A DNA stretch of 64,000 bases from the NCBI GenBank assembly GCA_046290465.1, contig JBKAGP010000001.1, forward strand, positions 1,440,001 to 1,504,000, given 5' to 3'. The stretch comes from Planctomycetota bacterium (lineage in GTDB: Bacteria; Planctomycetota; UBA1135; UBA2386). The notes under the pieces were generated by a model. That model did not search any database and was not told the origin of the DNA. It saw only the letters and a list, made by a program, of their open reading frames with translations. Shown here piece by piece: positions 50,534-59,521 of this stretch (positions are counted from its first letter, which is position 1; each line of letters starts with the position of its first letter). The position numbers were made by a program, and so were the translations under genes.

Positions 50534-52900
50534 ATGCGCATCCTCTCCCTGTCGTTCGCCGCCCTCGTCGTCGCCGCCGCCGCCTCGGCCCAGAAGATGG
50601 CCTGGCAGATCCCGGAGCGCGGCGCGCACGTGTTCGATCGCGTGACGCGCCGCTTCGAGGTCACGCCCCCGCCGTCGAAGTACCTGCCGCTGGTGGCCGT
50701 GCACGGCGGTCGCAGCGCGACGCCGCACCGGTGGCGCTACTTCACCTGCGCGCGCAACCAGATCCCGAAGGGCTTCGCCGCCCCCGACTACGACGACTCC
50801 GGCTGGTTCGTCGGCGAAGGCGGCTTCGGCCCGACGCCCGGCCAGACCGGCAACCACCGCACCGCCTGGAAGAACGACGTCTGCTGCCTGCGCACCAGCG
50901 TCGACCTCGGCCGCAGCAAGCCGAAGGCGCTGTGGTTCCAACTCGACCACGACGACGGCGTGCGCATCTGGCTCAACGGCGAACTGGTCGTCGCCGACGA
51001 CGGCTATGGCGTCTCTCGCGAGTACTTCGTCACCGGCAGGGCGCTCGACGCCTGGCAGCGCGGCGACAACCTGCTGGCGGTCCAGTGCAGCAACGTCGGC
51101 GGCGCGCAGTACCTCGACGTCGGGCTCAAGTACTTCCCGCGGCTGGCGCGCGGCCAGCGCCGCGTCGAGGACCTCAAGAAGGCCCTGCGCGACGAACGCA
51201 ACCAGGCCAACCGGGTCCGGCGCGCGCTGTTCGGACCGTTCCGCCCGCCGGCGATGCTGCTGCAGGGCGAGCTCGACGAGGACGCCACCCACGTCGTGCA
51301 CCGCCCGGTCGACCTCCGCGAGGTCGCCTGGTGGGTCGCGACCGACCTGCGCTGCGGTCCGTTCGGCGGCGCGGTCAAGCTCGACGCGCCGCGGATGTGG
51401 GAGCTCGGCGACCTGCGCGTGCGCGGCCGGGCGAGCGCCGTCGACGAACTCGGCTGGCAGACGATCAAGGTCAAGCTGGAGACGACCAAGGAGCCGGATC
51501 GCGGCAAGGACAGTAAGCGCTACATGCAGCACTCGGTGCTGCGCTTCGTGCACCACGGCTTCGAGGGCGACCTGTTGATCAAGCGCCGCCTCGACGTGCG
51601 GCCCGAGGGCACGCGCGTGGTGACGTTCGAGAGCAGCCTCGAGGGCACCATCACGCGCGGCGAGGACTTCAAGGAGGTCGCCGCCGGCGTCGTGCAGGAC
51701 GAGACCTGGAAGCTGAGCAGCACCCACGAGAACCAGGACACGGCGTTCCGGCTGCTGGTGAAGAGGGCGATCGAGAAGGGCGTCGCGCGGCTGCGCGAGC
51801 AACTCGGCAAGCCCAACGGCGAACGGCTGCTGAAGTCCGACGGCCCGAAGGCCGCGCGCAGCTACCACTCGGGCCGGCTCGCGATCGGCCTGCTGGCGCT
51901 GATCAAGGGTGGCCTGCCGAAGGACGACGAGGTGCTGCAACGGTGCCTGCAGGAGCTGCGCAAGCGCCCGCTGATCGACACCTACACGCTCGGCAACGCG
52001 CTGATGGCGCTCGAGAGCTACTACCAGCCGGCGACCGAGATCAGCCTGCTGCGGTCCGGTTCGATCGACCGTCCGCAGAAGCGTCAGGTGCCCGACGACG
52101 ACCAGGCGCTGATGCAGAAGTGGACCGACCGGCTGATGCAGAACATCGACACGCGCGTCGATCCCGGCTACCTGGTGCGGTTCAACTACGTGCGCGGCGG
52201 TCGCTTCGACAACAGCGTGCACCAGTACGGGTTGCTCGGCCTCTACGCCGCCCACCTGTGCGGCATCGAGGTCACGCCGACGACGTGGGAGGCCGCCGCC
52301 AACCACCTGCTCGACGTGCAGGAGGAGGACGGCAGCAAGCTGACGCTGCGGCTGATGGACTACCGCACGCACAACAAGCTGCAGTTCGATCCCGACGCCA
52401 GCGTCACGGTCGCCAGTTCGCCGAGCCGCGCCAACGGCTGGAGCTACACCAGCCCCAAGCACGGCGGCACCGAGTCGGGCATCTGGGGCAGCATGACCTG
52501 CGCCGGCATCACCGGCCTCGCGATCTGCCAGGCGGCGCTGCTCGACTACGAGGACGTCAAGCGCCGCAAGCTGCAGAACGACGCGTCGCGGGCCCGCAAC
52601 GACGGCTTCGCATGGCTCGCCGAGAACCTGACGGTGCGCTACCACCCCGGCGCGATGACGCGCCAGCGCCGCTGGCTCTACTACTACCTCTACGGCCTCG
52701 AGCGGGCCGCGCTGCTGAGCGGCGTCGCGCTGATCCAGGAGCGTGATTGGTTCTTCGAGGGGGCGTTGATGCTGGTGCTCGCGCAGCTCGAGAACGGCGA
52801 CTGGCCGGGCGAGCTGACCGCGGACGAGGCCGTCGAGCGGAATGCGATGGCGATCCTGTTCTTGAAGCAGAGCACCAGCCCGGTGCTGACCGGCAAGTGA
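50534..52900 (+). CDS. Secreted protein: galactose-binding-like domain plus alpha/alpha-toroid (prenyltransferase/squalene oxidase repeat-like) domain
   Basis: DHDDGVRIWLNG; DNSVHQYGLLGL, GSMTCAG, YYYLYGLER, QLENGDW. Confidence 0.75.
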   Translation: MRILSLSFAALVVAAAASAQKMAWQIPERGAHVFDRVTRRFEVTPPPSKYLPLVAVHGGRSATPHRWRYFTCARNQIPKGFAAPDYDDSGWFVGEGGFGPTPGQTGNHRTAWKNDVCCLRTSVDLGRSKPKALWFQLDHDDGVRIWLNGELVVADDGYGVSREYFVTGRALDAWQRGDNLLAVQCSNVGGAQYLDVGLKYFPRLARGQRRVEDLKKALRDERNQANRVRRALFGPFRPPAMLLQGELDEDATHVVHRPVDLREVAWWVATDLRCGPFGGAVKLDAPRMWELGDLRVRGRASAVDELGWQTIKVKLETTKEPDRGKDSKRYMQHSVLRFVHHGFEGDLLIKRRLDVRPEGTRVVTFESSLEGTITRGEDFKEVAAGVVQDETWKLSSTHENQDTAFRLLVKRAIEKGVARLREQLGKPNGERLLKSDGPKAARSYHSGRLAIGLLALIKGGLPKDDEVLQRCLQELRKRPLIDTYTLGNALMALESYYQPATEISLLRSGSIDRPQKRQVPDDDQALMQKWTDRLMQNIDTRVDPGYLVRFNYVRGGRFDNSVHQYGLLGLYAAHLCGIEVTPTTWEAAANHLLDVQEEDGSKLTLRLMDYRTHNKLQFDPDASVTVASSPSRANGWSYTSPKHGGTESGIWGSMTCAGITGLAICQAALLDYEDVKRRKLQNDASRARNDGFAWLAENLTVRYHPGAMTRQRRWLYYYLYGLERAALLSGVALIQERDWFFEGALMLVLAQLENGDWPGELTADEAVERNAMAILFLKQSTSPVLTGK

Positions 52901-53520
52901 TGCGCGTCGTCGCGTCGTGGTCGTCGCTGTTGCTGCTGGCCGCCTGCGCCGCGCCGCCGCCGGCCGCGCCGTGGCGCGAACTGTTCGACGGCCGCTCGAC
53001 GGCCGGCTGGACCGCGACCAACTTCGGCGGGGAAGGCCCGATCGAGGTCGTCGACGGCGCGCTGCGGTTCGACTTCGGCAGCCCGATGACCGGCCTGACC
53101 TGGGCCGGCGAACCGCCGTCCGGCGACTACGACCTCGAGGTCGTGGCGGCGCGCGTCGACGGCACCGACTTCTTCTGCGGCCTGACGTTCCCGGTCGGCG
53201 ACGCGCACCTGACGCTGGTGCTCGGAGGCTGGGGCGGCAGCCTGTGCGGCATCTCCAACCTCGACGGCGAGGACGCTGCCAACAACGACAGCAAGCGGTT
53301 GTTCCGCTTCGAGAACGGACGCGACTACCGCGTGCTGGTGCAGGTCCGCGCCGACCACCTGGACGTGCAGCTCGACGGCGAGCCGTTCTTGCACGTGCCG
53401 CTGAGCTCGCGCGCGCTGTCGCTGCGACCCGAGGTCGAGCTGTGCACCCCGCTCGGCATCGCCAGCTTCGCGACCCGCGCGCGGGTTCGCTCGATCCGCT
53501 GGCGGCCCGTGCGACCGTAG
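52900..53520 (+). CDS. DUF1080 (3-keto-disaccharide hydrolase-like) lipoprotein
   Basis: LAAC lipobox; LFDGRSTAGW, DFFCGLTFP, LGGWGG. Confidence 0.85.
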   Translation: MRVVASWSSLLLLAACAAPPPAAPWRELFDGRSTAGWTATNFGGEGPIEVVDGALRFDFGSPMTGLTWAGEPPSGDYDLEVVAARVDGTDFFCGLTFPVGDAHLTLVLGGWGGSLCGISNLDGEDAANNDSKRLFRFENGRDYRVLVQVRADHLDVQLDGEPFLHVPLSSRALSLRPEVELCTPLGIASFATRARVRSIRWRPVRP

Positions 53521-53832
53521 CCGAACCCGGTCCGAGGGTTGTCGCCCCGGAACCAGACCTGCGGACCGGAGTGGCGGCCGGCTCGGACGAGAGGGCGGCG
53601 GTCAGCGCCGCAGCAGCTTGCAGAGCCGTCGGAGCGCGTAGCCGGGCCCGCGCAGCAAGAAGTCGACGGCGGCCGAAGGCTCGGCCCTCGCCAGCACGTT
53701 CTCACGGAGGTCCTCATCGATGCGACGGACGCAGCGGTGCACCGCGATCACCCGCTCCGTGACCCACCCATCGAGCCGCCCCAGAGTCCGCCCCAAACCA
53801 CATCCCACACCGCTCCATCGTCCCCCACCCCA

Positions 53833-53897
53833 CCCAACATGAACCCGGTTCAGTATGCGGTGTTTGGCGCCGCATACTGAACCGGGTTCATGTTGGG
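53833..53897. repeat. Perfect 28-bp inverted repeat (family C); possible bidirectional terminator
   Basis: CCCAACATGAACCCGGTTCAGTATGCGG (53833-53860) and its reverse complement (53870-53897). Confidence 0.9.
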
Positions 53898-53911
53898 GGT
53901 TTTGGGTGGGG

Positions 53912-56900
53912 TCAGCGGCGGCGCATCAGGTTGCGGCGGGCCTTGGCTCGTTCCATCGCTTGTTGGGCGGCGGTCGGGGTCGACTTGCCGACCTGGAGGT
54001 GGCGGGCCAGGGCGCGAACGGTCGTGAAGCGGAACAGGTCGGTCACGGCGAGTTCGACGCCGAGGCGCTGGGTGATCTCCCGGTGCACCTTGACGGCGAG
54101 GATGCTGTGGCCGCCCGAGTCGAAGAAATTGTCCTCGACGCCGACGTCCTCGGTGCCGAGCGCCTGCTTCCAGATGCCGAGGATCGCGTCCTCGGTGTCG
54201 TCGGCCGCCGCCGTCACCTGCCGTGTGCCGGCCGCGACGACCGCCTCGGGGGCCGGCAGCGCCTTGCGGTCGACCTTCAGGTTGGGCGTGCGCGGCAGGT
54301 CCTGCATCGCCACGAAATGGCTCGGCACCATGAACTGCGGCAGCGAGCCGCGCAGATGCTCGCGCAGCTGGTCCGCCGTCGGCGCCGGCGAACGGGCGAC
54401 GAAGTAGGCGACCAGCCGGGCATCGCCGCCGTCGGTGCGCGCGACCACGACGACCTCGCGCACGCCGCTGTGCTGCGCCAACGCGGCCTCGATCTCGCCC
54501 AGCTCGATCCGGTAGCCGCGCACCTTGACCTGCAGGTCCTTGCGGCCGAGGTACTCGAGCACCCCGTCCTCGCGCCATCGCACCAGGTCGCCGGTCGCAT
54601 AGATCTTCGCGCCTTCGACCGCGCGGAACGGATCCGGCACGAACTTCTCGTCGGTCAGCTCCGGCCGACGGAAGTAACCGGCCGTGACGCCGTCACCACC
54701 GATCCACAGCTCGCCGGCGCTGCCGGTCGGCACCGGCTGCAGGTGGTTGTCGAGCACGTAGACCTGCTGGTTCTTCAGCGGCCTGCCGATCGGCACCGGC
54801 TCGTCGTCCCCGACCAGCTGCGTCGTCGACCAGACCGTCGTCTCGGTCGGCCCGTAGACGTCGTGCAGCTTCGGCACGATGCCCTTGAGCTTGCTGGCGA
54901 GCGCCGTCGGCAGCGCCTCGCCGCCGACCAGCATGTGCTGCAGCCGTCCGAACGCCGCCTCCGCCTTCGGGTCGAGCAGCAACATGCCGGCCATCGACGG
55001 CGTGCACTGGAAGTGCGTCACGGCGTGCTGCTCGATCAGCTCCGGAATGCTCGCCGCGGGGGTCGCCGCCGCCGCCGCCGGCTCGACCGCCGCCGCCGCC
55101 GTCGCCGTGTCGCAGCGCCGCTTGAGCTCCTGCAGATGCGGCAGGCTCTGCATGACGAGTTCGGTCGGCACGCCGAAGTCGACCAGGCAGGCGATCTCGT
55201 CGATCTTCAGCTTGCGCAGCCGGTCGACGATCCGCACGCAGCTCTCCGGCGTGCCGAACAGGCCGCTCTGCTGGTAGTAGCGTTCGAACGAGAAGTCGAG
55301 CAGCGCCTCGAAGTCGGCCGGCGTCAGGCCTCCGTTCAGCAGCGCATCCATCTCGCCCGGCTTGTCGACCCGATTCTTGAACGCCGGGAACGACCACGCC
55401 GCCTGCTTGACCAGGTCGAGGCTCGAACGCAGGTAGCCCTTCATCGGCTCGCGAACGGTCTCGCGCACCTGCTCCTCGTCGTCACCGACAAAGGTGTGCA
55501 GCATCAGCGTCACGTGGCCATCGCCGGCGTGGCCGGCCTTGCGCCACGCCTGCCGGTAGACGTCGAGCTTCTGGTCGAGTTCTTCGAGGCTCTGGCCGAG
55601 CAGGTGCGTCAACACGTGGCTGCCCGACTCCCCGGCCATCCGGTAGGTCTCGGGGTTGCCGGCGACCGTCACCCACGTCGGCAACCGCTCCTGGATCGGC
55701 CGCGGCAGCGTGCGGATCTTGTGCTTCTCGCCGTCGTGGCCCTCGAACTCGACCTCCTCACCGCGCCACAGCCGGTGCACCTGGTCGATCGTGCGCATCA
55801 TCGCGCCCTTGCGATCGGCGAAGTTCTCGGGCCGCAGCACGAAGTCGCGGCCGTGCCAACCGGCCGCGAACGCGATGCCGACGCGCCCCTTCGACAGGTT
55901 GTCGACCAGCGACCAGTCCTCGGCGATGCGGATCGGGTGGTGCAGCGGCGCCACGCACGAACCGGCGCGGATCTTGACGTTCTCGGTGATCGTCGCCAGC
56001 GCCGCGCTGGCGACCGCCGGGTTGGGATACAGGCCGCCGAACGCGTGGAAGTGGCGCTCCGGCGTCCACACCGCCTCGAAGCCGTTCGCGTCGGCGAACT
56101 TCGCGCCCTCGATCAGCAGCCGGTACTTGTCCTCGGCGTGCTCCCCTTCGTCGCTGGCGAAGTAGAACATGCTGAACGAGATCGGCCGGGTCGACGCCGC
56201 CTCCTTTTGCGGCGGCTGCTTCGGCTCCTCGGAGCCCTGGAACAGCACCACCTCGAAGCCGCGGCACAGCGTCCACAGCAGCTCCAGCACCGAGATGTCG
56301 AACGACAGGCTGGTCACCGCGAGCCACGTGCCCGGCTCGGGGTCGGGCTGGTCGGTGCCGAGCACCGCGTCCATACCGACGAAGAAGTTGGCGGCGTTGC
56401 GGTGGCGCACCATCACGCCCTTCGGTCGGCCAGTCGAACCCGAGGTGTAGATCAGGTAGGCGAGGTCGTCGCCGGTGGTCGGATCGTCGAGCAGCACCTC
56501 GGACGACGCGATCGCGTCGGCGTCGGCGTCGAGGTCGACGCGCGGACACGACGCGGTCGGCGCCGACGGCAGGCTGTCCCGATCGACGACCAGCGCCGCC
56601 AGCTCGGCGTCCTCGGCCATGAACGACAGCCGCTCGCGCGGGTAGCTCGGGTCGAGCGGCACGTAGGCCGCACCGCAGCGCTGCGTCGCCAGCGCGGCGG
56701 TGACCATGCCGAAGCCGCGCTGCGTGCAGATGCCGACCCGATCGCCGACCTGCACGCCGCGACCGCGCAGCCAGCCGGCCAGCCGGTCGACGGCCGCCAG
56801 CAGTTCGCGATAGCTGCGACGCTCGCCGCCGCAGACCAGCGCCGTGCGGTCCGGATGGCGCTGCGCGACCGCCGCGAACTGGCGGTGCACGCACGGCTCG

Positions 56901-58546
56901 GCGATCGCGCCGGTCGCGGTGTCGTTCCACGTGCGCAGCAGCCGTTCGAGTTCTGCCTCGTCGAGCACCGGCACGGCCACCAGCGGCTGCTGCGGGTCGC
57001 TGGCCGCCGCGCGGGCGAACACCGAAAGCCGCGCGGCCAGCGCGATCGCCCGCTCGTGGCTCAGCGTCGCGCTGTCGAAGCAGAGACGGACCGCGCCGTC
57101 GTCCGCCACCGCGAACGTCAACGTGCCCGCGGCGACCGGCAGGTCGCAGCCGACGGTGACCCGAACCGGCGGCTCCAGCTGGGTCGCCGGCGTCAACGCG
57201 TCGTTGCGGCGGCCGACCAGTTCGCGCAGCAGCGGCCCGCGCGCGGCCACTTCGGCGCGCGTCGCGTCGATCGCCTGCAACGCCTGCTCGACCGAGCTGC
57301 CGGACGCGACCCGGAACGCGGCCGGCGGACACGCGACCGAAAGGTCGACGGCGGCGCCGACGGCCTGCGCCATCGCCGCGTCGCAGTAGCCGAGGTCGGC
57401 GCCGAGCACGCCGCCGTTGCGCAACAGATACGCGACGCACAGTGACGCGGCGCGCGCACCGTCGACGCCACCGAGGTCGACCGGCACCTCGGAGGCGCTG
57501 GCGGCACCGTCGTTGGGCTGGCCATCGGGCACCGTCATCGGCATCGGCTGGCGCAGCGCTTCGACCCAGCGGCCCTCCCCCGCCGCGGCGAGCGCGCCGA
57601 GGTCGGTCCAGGCATCCCGCTGCGCCGGCGTCGCCGACGGCAGCACCGCGCCCGCATCGATCCCCATGCGCTGCAACGCCGCGGCGTCGAGCGGCAGGCC
57701 GCGCAGGCAGCGCGGCGCCTCGAAGCGCACGTCGCCGTCGGCGCAGGCGACCTGCACCGCGTCGTCGGCCACGGCGACGACCGTTCCGGCTGGCTTGCCG
57801 CTGGCCGGCAGCGCCCGGACCGCGCCGGGCACGAACACTCCGCCCGCAGCGCGCACCTTGGCGACCGCGATCGGGTTCTGGTAGCCGCCGTGGTCGAACG
57901 CGCGCACCAGCCGGACGACGTCGGCGGCCGGCTGCGAGAAGTCCACGACCGCCAGCGCGTGCGGGCGTGCGGTGCGGCCGAACCAGGTGCGGCGCGACAG
58001 GTCCTGGGCGCGGCGCTGCATGCCGGCGCCGGCGAGTTGCTCGCAGAGTTCGCCGAAGCTGCGCTGGCCGTGCTCGAAGCAGCGCGCGTTGAGCGTGAAC
58101 GCGGTGTCCTCGGGCTCGATCGCGAACGTCGCCTGCACCAGGATGTCGCCGGTGTCCGCCTTCGGCTCGACCACGTGCCAGGTGACCGCGTGCTCGGACT
58201 CGCCGTTGAGCAGCGACCAGCAGGTCGCGTTGAGGCCCGCGTAGCGCGGCAGCGGCCCGTCGTGGAAGTTGATCGCGGCCACCCGCGGCATCGCGATCAC
58301 CGGCGCCGGCAGCAGCTGCAGCCAGGTGATCGCGAACAGGTAGTCGAACGCGTCGCCGCCGAGCTGCGCAGCGAGATCGCCGGCCGCGGCGACGCAGCGC
58401 AGGCCGTTCTCGGCGCAGTAGCGGCGGACCTTGTCGGTGTCGGTGGCGACGGCCACGACGGAATGGCCGCGGTCGCGCCACGCTTCGAGGCACTGCAGCA
58501 GGAGGGTATCGGAGCCGACGAAGACGGCAGCGAGCGAGGACGCCAT
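53912..58546 (-). CDS. NRPS-like protein: formyltransferase, A domain interrupted by a MupA/Atu3671-type luciferase-like monooxygenase, PCP
   Basis: INFHDGPLPRYAG; YTSGSTGRPKG; WTPERHFHAFGGLYPNP; YGPTETT; QVKVRGYRIELGEIE; FFDSGGHS. Confidence 0.93.
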   Translation of the reverse strand: MASSLAAVFVGSDTLLLQCLEAWRDRGHSVVAVATDTDKVRRYCAENGLRCVAAAGDLAAQLGGDAFDYLFAITWLQLLPAPVIAMPRVAAINFHDGPLPRYAGLNATCWSLLNGESEHAVTWHVVEPKADTGDILVQATFAIEPEDTAFTLNARCFEHGQRSFGELCEQLAGAGMQRRAQDLSRRTWFGRTARPHALAVVDFSQPAADVVRLVRAFDHGGYQNPIAVAKVRAAGGVFVPGAVRALPASGKPAGTVVAVADDAVQVACADGDVRFEAPRCLRGLPLDAAALQRMGIDAGAVLPSATPAQRDAWTDLGALAAAGEGRWVEALRQPMPMTVPDGQPNDGAASASEVPVDLGGVDGARAASLCVAYLLRNGGVLGADLGYCDAAMAQAVGAAVDLSVACPPAAFRVASGSSVEQALQAIDATRAEVAARGPLLRELVGRRNDALTPATQLEPPVRVTVGCDLPVAAGTLTFAVADDGAVRLCFDSATLSHERAIALAARLSVFARAAASDPQQPLVAVPVLDEAELERLLRTWNDTATGAIAEPCVHRQFAAVAQRHPDRTALVCGGERRSYRELLAAVDRLAGWLRGRGVQVGDRVGICTQRGFGMVTAALATQRCGAAYVPLDPSYPRERLSFMAEDAELAALVVDRDSLPSAPTASCPRVDLDADADAIASSEVLLDDPTTGDDLAYLIYTSGSTGRPKGVMVRHRNAANFFVGMDAVLGTDQPDPEPGTWLAVTSLSFDISVLELLWTLCRGFEVVLFQGSEEPKQPPQKEAASTRPISFSMFYFASDEGEHAEDKYRLLIEGAKFADANGFEAVWTPERHFHAFGGLYPNPAVASAALATITENVKIRAGSCVAPLHHPIRIAEDWSLVDNLSKGRVGIAFAAGWHGRDFVLRPENFADRKGAMMRTIDQVHRLWRGEEVEFEGHDGEKHKIRTLPRPIQERLPTWVTVAGNPETYRMAGESGSHVLTHLLGQSLEELDQKLDVYRQAWRKAGHAGDGHVTLMLHTFVGDDEEQVRETVREPMKGYLRSSLDLVKQAAWSFPAFKNRVDKPGEMDALLNGGLTPADFEALLDFSFERYYQQSGLFGTPESCVRIVDRLRKLKIDEIACLVDFGVPTELVMQSLPHLQELKRRCDTATAAAAVEPAAAAATPAASIPELIEQHAVTHFQCTPSMAGMLLLDPKAEAAFGRLQHMLVGGEALPTALASKLKGIVPKLHDVYGPTETTVWSTTQLVGDDEPVPIGRPLKNQQVYVLDNHLQPVPTGSAGELWIGGDGVTAGYFRRPELTDEKFVPDPFRAVEGAKIYATGDLVRWREDGVLEYLGRKDLQVKVRGYRIELGEIEAALAQHSGVREVVVVARTDGGDARLVAYFVARSPAPTADQLREHLRGSLPQFMVPSHFVAMQDLPRTPNLKVDRKALPAPEAVVAAGTRQVTAAADDTEDAILGIWKQALGTEDVGVEDNFFDSGGHSILAVKVHREITQRLGVELAVTDLFRFTTVRALARHLQVGKSTPTAAQQAMERAKARRNLMRRR

Positions 58547-58702
58547 GTAGCTTGGATCGGGAGTTGCGAGAGCCGGTCTTGATATCCCCCCGGACCGGCT
58601 CTGCGCGATGCGTCGAAGGACGCAGACCGCGGCCGGGAACGACCGATGGCAACGAAGATATCGCGCCCGCGCCGGCGCGGCCCCCCGTAGTCTCTGCACG
58701 CC

Positions 58703-59520
58703 GTGAAGATTCGCATCCTGATCGCGCTGTTCTTTCTGATCACGCTCGGGGTGGTCTGGATCGTCGCCGGCAAGCTGCACCGCTTCGCCTACTGGATCGG
58801 CCGCAAGACCGACGCCGAGGTCGAGGCGCTGCAGAAGGACGGCTGGCAGGTCGACCGCCTGCAGGTCGACGACGGCGTCGAACTGGTCGGGCTGGTGCGG
58901 CCGCCGAAGGACCCGGCCGGCGCGGCAACGCGCTGGCTGCTGTTCGTGCCGGGCAACTCCGCCGGCATGCTCGACGGCTTCCAGCAGGTGCTCGACGACC
59001 TGCGCGGCGACGACGACGTCGGCGTCGCGTTCTGGGCCTACCGCGGCTTCGACGCGTCGACCGGCACGCCATCGCCCGACGCCCTGCGCGGTGACCTGGC
59101 CCGACAGTGGCAGCGCCTGCTGCAGCTCGGCGCGAGCCCCGAACGAACCGAGATCTGGGGCTACTCGCTGGGCTCGATGCTCGCGCCGCACCTGGCGGCC
59201 GAGCTGTGCCGGGCCGGCACCCCGCCCAAGCGGCTGGTGCTGCTCGCGTCCGGCCTCGAGATCCCGGTGCGGCCGTTCGGCGCGTTCGGCCGGTTCGGCC
59301 CGAGCGACCGCTACGAGGCGCAGAGCGTCGCCGACGACATCACCTGCCCGGTCGCGATCGGCCACGGCAGCGCCGACGACGCGATGCCCCTGCAAGGGGC
59401 GCAGCAGTTCGCCGAACGCCTCGGCGTCGAGCTGACCGTGTTCGACGGCCGCAACCACGTCGACCTGTGGCCCGACGCGCGCGCCGCGTTCTGGTCGACC
59501 GCGTGCTCTCCGTCGGGGCC
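58703..59520 (+). CDS. Membrane-anchored alpha/beta hydrolase (3' end uncertain; no in-frame stop until 61372)
   Basis: PGNS, YRGF, GYSLG (nucleophile), HGSADD, NH. Confidence 0.8.
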
Positions 59521-59521
59521 G

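Noticed and set aside
53602..53808. Small minus-strand ORF (…LLRGPGYALRRLCKLLRR)
   Set aside because: No recognisable motif and the 5' part lies in low-complexity skewed sequence; it might be a remnant but cannot be supported
53855..57445. Very long antisense or alternate-frame ORFs (also 4266-6842, 22706-26266, 34272-38279 and others)
   Set aside because: Shadow ORFs expected at this GC content, opposite genes with clear motifs
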